A stretch of 63,644 nucleotides of DNA, counting the filler. It is 6 parts of 6 records of this genome, joined end to end, with 100 filler letters (N's around TTAATTAATTAA, not from the genome) between each part and the next. Parts side by side here need not be neighbours in the genome. Positions count along the whole stretch, not along the records: positions 54,166 to 63,644 come from SRR20825019_1274; 5 more parts are not named here. The stretch is one strand, 5' to 3'. Position numbers and translations under genes: made by a program. Under the pieces are notes generated by a model. That model was given only the letters and a program-made list of their open reading frames with translations. It ran no database searches and had not been told where the DNA came from. Shown here piece by piece: positions 61,422-63,644 of the stretch. Every line of letters starts with the position of its first letter. Position 1 is the first letter of the stretch.

Positions 61422-62434
61422 TGTGGCGCAAGGGGCCCCGCAACCTGATCACCGATGTGGCGGGGCTCACGGTCGGCAATCACACCGACCAGCGCGTCAA
61501 ATCCGGTGTCACGACAATTTTGTGCGAAACACCTGCGACGGCAGGTGTTCAGGTTCTTGGCGGCGCACCGGGGACACGCGAAACCGATGCGCTGGAGCCG
61601 CATAACCTGGTCGACGGGGTGGACGCCATCACACTGTCGGGCGGTTCGGCCTTCGGCATCGATGCGGCGGCAGGCGTTCAGGCGGCGCTGCGCGAGATGG
61701 GCCGGGGTTTTGAAATTCTGGGTTTTCGCGTGCCCATCGTGCCCGGCGCCATCCTCTTCGACCTGCCGAATGGTGGCGACAAGGACTGGGGTCGTTTCTC
61801 CCCCTACCGGGATTTCGGCTTTTCGGCCGCCATGGCCGCATCACGGGATTTCGAGATTGGCACGGCTGGTGCTGGCACCGGCGCAACCACGGCCACGCTT
61901 AAAGGCGGCCTCGGCTCTGCTTCCACCTTGCTTGAAAATGGCATCACTGTCGGTGCGCTCGTTGCCGTGAATGCGGTGGGCTCCGTCACCGTGGGCGACA
62001 CACCGCACTTCTGGGCCGCCCCCTTTGAACTCGATGACGAGTTTGGCGGTCTCGGCCTGCCTCATCCAATGCCGGCGGATGCTTCCGCCGTCACCACCAA
62101 GATGCGCACGGCGGCGCGCGGCAATACAACCATTGCAGTCATCGCCACCGATGCAAAGCTCGACAAACCTGCCGCAAAACGTCTCGCCATCGCTGCTCAT
62201 GACGGTTTCGCGCGCGCCATCTGGCCGGCGCACACACCGGTCGACGGTGACCTTGTCTTTGCGCTATCGACCGGCCGCAGCGAAACGCCCCTTGACCTTG
62301 AAGCCGTGATCGATCTCAACGCCGCTGCCGCCGCAACTATGGCACGAGCCATTGCCAGGGGCGTTTTCGCGGCGAAACCGGACAAAAGTGATATATTTCC
62401 CACTTGGGCGGAAAAATCTGTCGTAGGGCAGTGA
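61418..62434 (+). CDS. P1/S58-family (DmpA-like) peptidase
   Basis: NLITDVAGL.VG, GGAPGTRET, SGGSAFG, GNTT cleavage site, DGD.VF. Confidence 0.9.
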   Translation: MMWRKGPRNLITDVAGLTVGNHTDQRVKSGVTTILCETPATAGVQVLGGAPGTRETDALEPHNLVDGVDAITLSGGSAFGIDAAAGVQAALREMGRGFEILGFRVPIVPGAILFDLPNGGDKDWGRFSPYRDFGFSAAMAASRDFEIGTAGAGTGATTATLKGGLGSASTLLENGITVGALVAVNAVGSVTVGDTPHFWAAPFELDDEFGGLGLPHPMPADASAVTTKMRTAARGNTTIAVIATDAKLDKPAAKRLAIAAHDGFARAIWPAHTPVDGDLVFALSTGRSETPLDLEAVIDLNAAAAATMARAIARGVFAAKPDKSDIFPTWAEKSVVGQ

Positions 62435-62464
62435 GACCAGCATTCAGCCGAAAGGAATTTCATC

Positions 62465-63190
62465 ATGAAGCACTTTCTCATGGCACTGTGCGCCGCCACA
62501 CTTCTTGCCACCTCATCTTCGGCTCATGCGGGAGATACGGCCTCGGTCGAGGTCCTCGGCTTTTCAGCGGACGGTGCCACATTCGCCTTCGAGGAATTCG
62601 GCATTCAGGACGGATCCGGCTTCCCCTACGCAAATCGCTATTACATCGACACCGCCAATGACAGTTTCCTCCCCGGCACACCCATCCGCGTGACCCTTGA
62701 GCAGGATGGTGCTGGCATTTCCGATGCACGCGCTCTGGCAAGAACGCAGGCTCAATCCGTCATTGCCGACACCATACTTGCTGAAAATCGTGGTTTCACT
62801 GCGGGTTGGAACGCCGTGACGGAGCAATCCGCAGATCCTTTCCGGATGGCCGTCAATCCGCGTCCGGTTTTTCCCGCCATCGACAGCCCTCTTGAATTCC
62901 GCCTGGCTGAACTGCCCATGCCGGACGGAGCAGAATGTTATGGTTTTGGCGAACCGGCCGGCTTCCGCCTCACCCGCATTGCCACAGAGGCCGGGGCTGA
63001 AACCGTGCTTGTGCATGAAGACAGTGCGATCCCACAGAGCCGCGGTTGCCCTCTCGGTTATGCAATCAGCGGCATCCAGACCTTCTATCCGGACGGTGGC
63101 ACACCGGTCTTCGCAGTGATGATTGCCGTGCGCAAAGTGGGCTTTGAAGGGCCTGACCATCGATTTATCGCCGTTACCGGTCGGCTTTAG
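62465..63190 (+). CDS. DUF2259-like secreted protein
   Basis: Signal peptide, LGFSADG..FAFEEFGIQDGSGFPY, GFEGP..R. Confidence 0.75.
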   Translation: MKHFLMALCAATLLATSSSAHAGDTASVEVLGFSADGATFAFEEFGIQDGSGFPYANRYYIDTANDSFLPGTPIRVTLEQDGAGISDARALARTQAQSVIADTILAENRGFTAGWNAVTEQSADPFRMAVNPRPVFPAIDSPLEFRLAELPMPDGAECYGFGEPAGFRLTRIATEAGAETVLVHEDSAIPQSRGCPLGYAISGIQTFYPDGGTPVFAVMIAVRKVGFEGPDHRFIAVTGRL

Positions 63191-63228
63191 ACGCTGATGT
63201 TCGGCGGCGACGAAAGCCTGGTTTGTCC

Positions 63229-63644
63229 GTGAGGCGGTGTCTGGTCAGACTCCGGCAGGCGCTGCCGTCGCCGATACTGGCATTGAAGGGCGCACTCGTC
63301 TGGGGCGTGCTCATGGGTGTCAACATGCTCGTGTTCCTGTGGTCACGCGGATGGCAGACATTGCCGCAAGTGACGGCGCTGACCTTCATCTTTGCGCTTG
63401 GTGCGGCTCTCGCTTTTCCTCTCGGCCACACTTTTCAGGCGCTTCTTGCACGCAGATCCGAACCGGAAACTCGCTTCGCTGCCGCGTTTGTCTCCTTCGC
63501 GACCGCCACCATCTGCATCACAGCAGCGCTGTACGCGTTGCAGTATCGTGCCTATTACGCTCAGTGGCACGGTGATCCCTTTTCGATCCGGTGGATACTT
63601 CATTTCGTTTTCACCACTGCGGGTGCTGTCTATCAATTTGCCGT
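63229..63644 (+). CDS. Hypothetical membrane protein (runs off window end; not in ORF track)
   Basis: Open frame from GTG 63229 with several TM stretches and RFAAAF / QYRAYYAQWH motifs. Confidence 0.65.
   Translation, partial: MRRCLVRLRQALPSPILALKGALVWGVLMGVNMLVFLWSRGWQTLPQVTALTFIFALGAALAFPLGHTFQALLARRSEPETRFAAAFVSFATATICITAALYALQYRAYYAQWHGDPFSIRWILHFVFTTAGAVYQFA

Noticed and set aside
63237-63636. ORF-track calls 63237-63575 (+) and 63343-63636 (-)
   Set aside because: Off-frame shadows of a membrane-protein frame starting at 63229 that runs past the window end

Overview
The window is not one genome. It is six unrelated contigs joined by 100-nt artificial linkers (N44-TTAATTAATTAA-N44). 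(1) 1-13867, Flavobacteriaceae-like: the 3' end of a tRNA-Arg carrying a 2.3-kb integrase-less island (att repeat, IHF-like and arm-like sites, one ABC-ATPase-TOPRIM gene), then housekeeping genes (clpS, prmA, tpiA, folP, diadenylate cyclase, truA). Two four-helix-bundle genes are inserted among them, each bracketed by mutually complementary heptad-like repeats. (2) 13968-25642, Rhizobiales-like: a HutC-controlled catabolic cluster with a HutH-like lyase lacking the Ala-Ser-Gly MIO tripeptide, a betaine-type ABC transporter, an OCD/mu-crystallin enzyme, a signal-less PhnD-like protein, a TctABC transporter and a BCCT carrier. (3) 25743-34879: an ordinary alphaproteobacterial S10-spc ribosomal protein operon. 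(4) 34980-40988: a eukaryotic contig with 51-62 nt spliceosomal introns. Hand-built gene models give a 7-exon membrane protein, an OS-9-like MRH protein and an ER-type MsrB (signal peptide, RDEL, one GC-AG intron). (5) 41089-54065, Rhizobiales-like: a ROK-regulated sugar ABC operon containing an ArgH-like lyase, a PIG-L deacetylase, a DMT, an AcuI-like reductase, psuK/psuG and the start of icd. (6) 54166-63644, Rhizobiales-like: CoxD/E/F-XdhC-MocA molybdoenzyme maturation genes, a flavin reductase, a LivJ-type SBP, a DmpA peptidase and DUF2259. The best candidates for an undescribed system are the MIO-less lyase (amino-acid-betaine catabolism) cluster, the repeat-bracketed four-helix-bundle inserts, the minimal tRNA-Arg defence cassette and the sugar-ABC/C-N lyase operon. 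All family assignments are by motif recognition, not database search.
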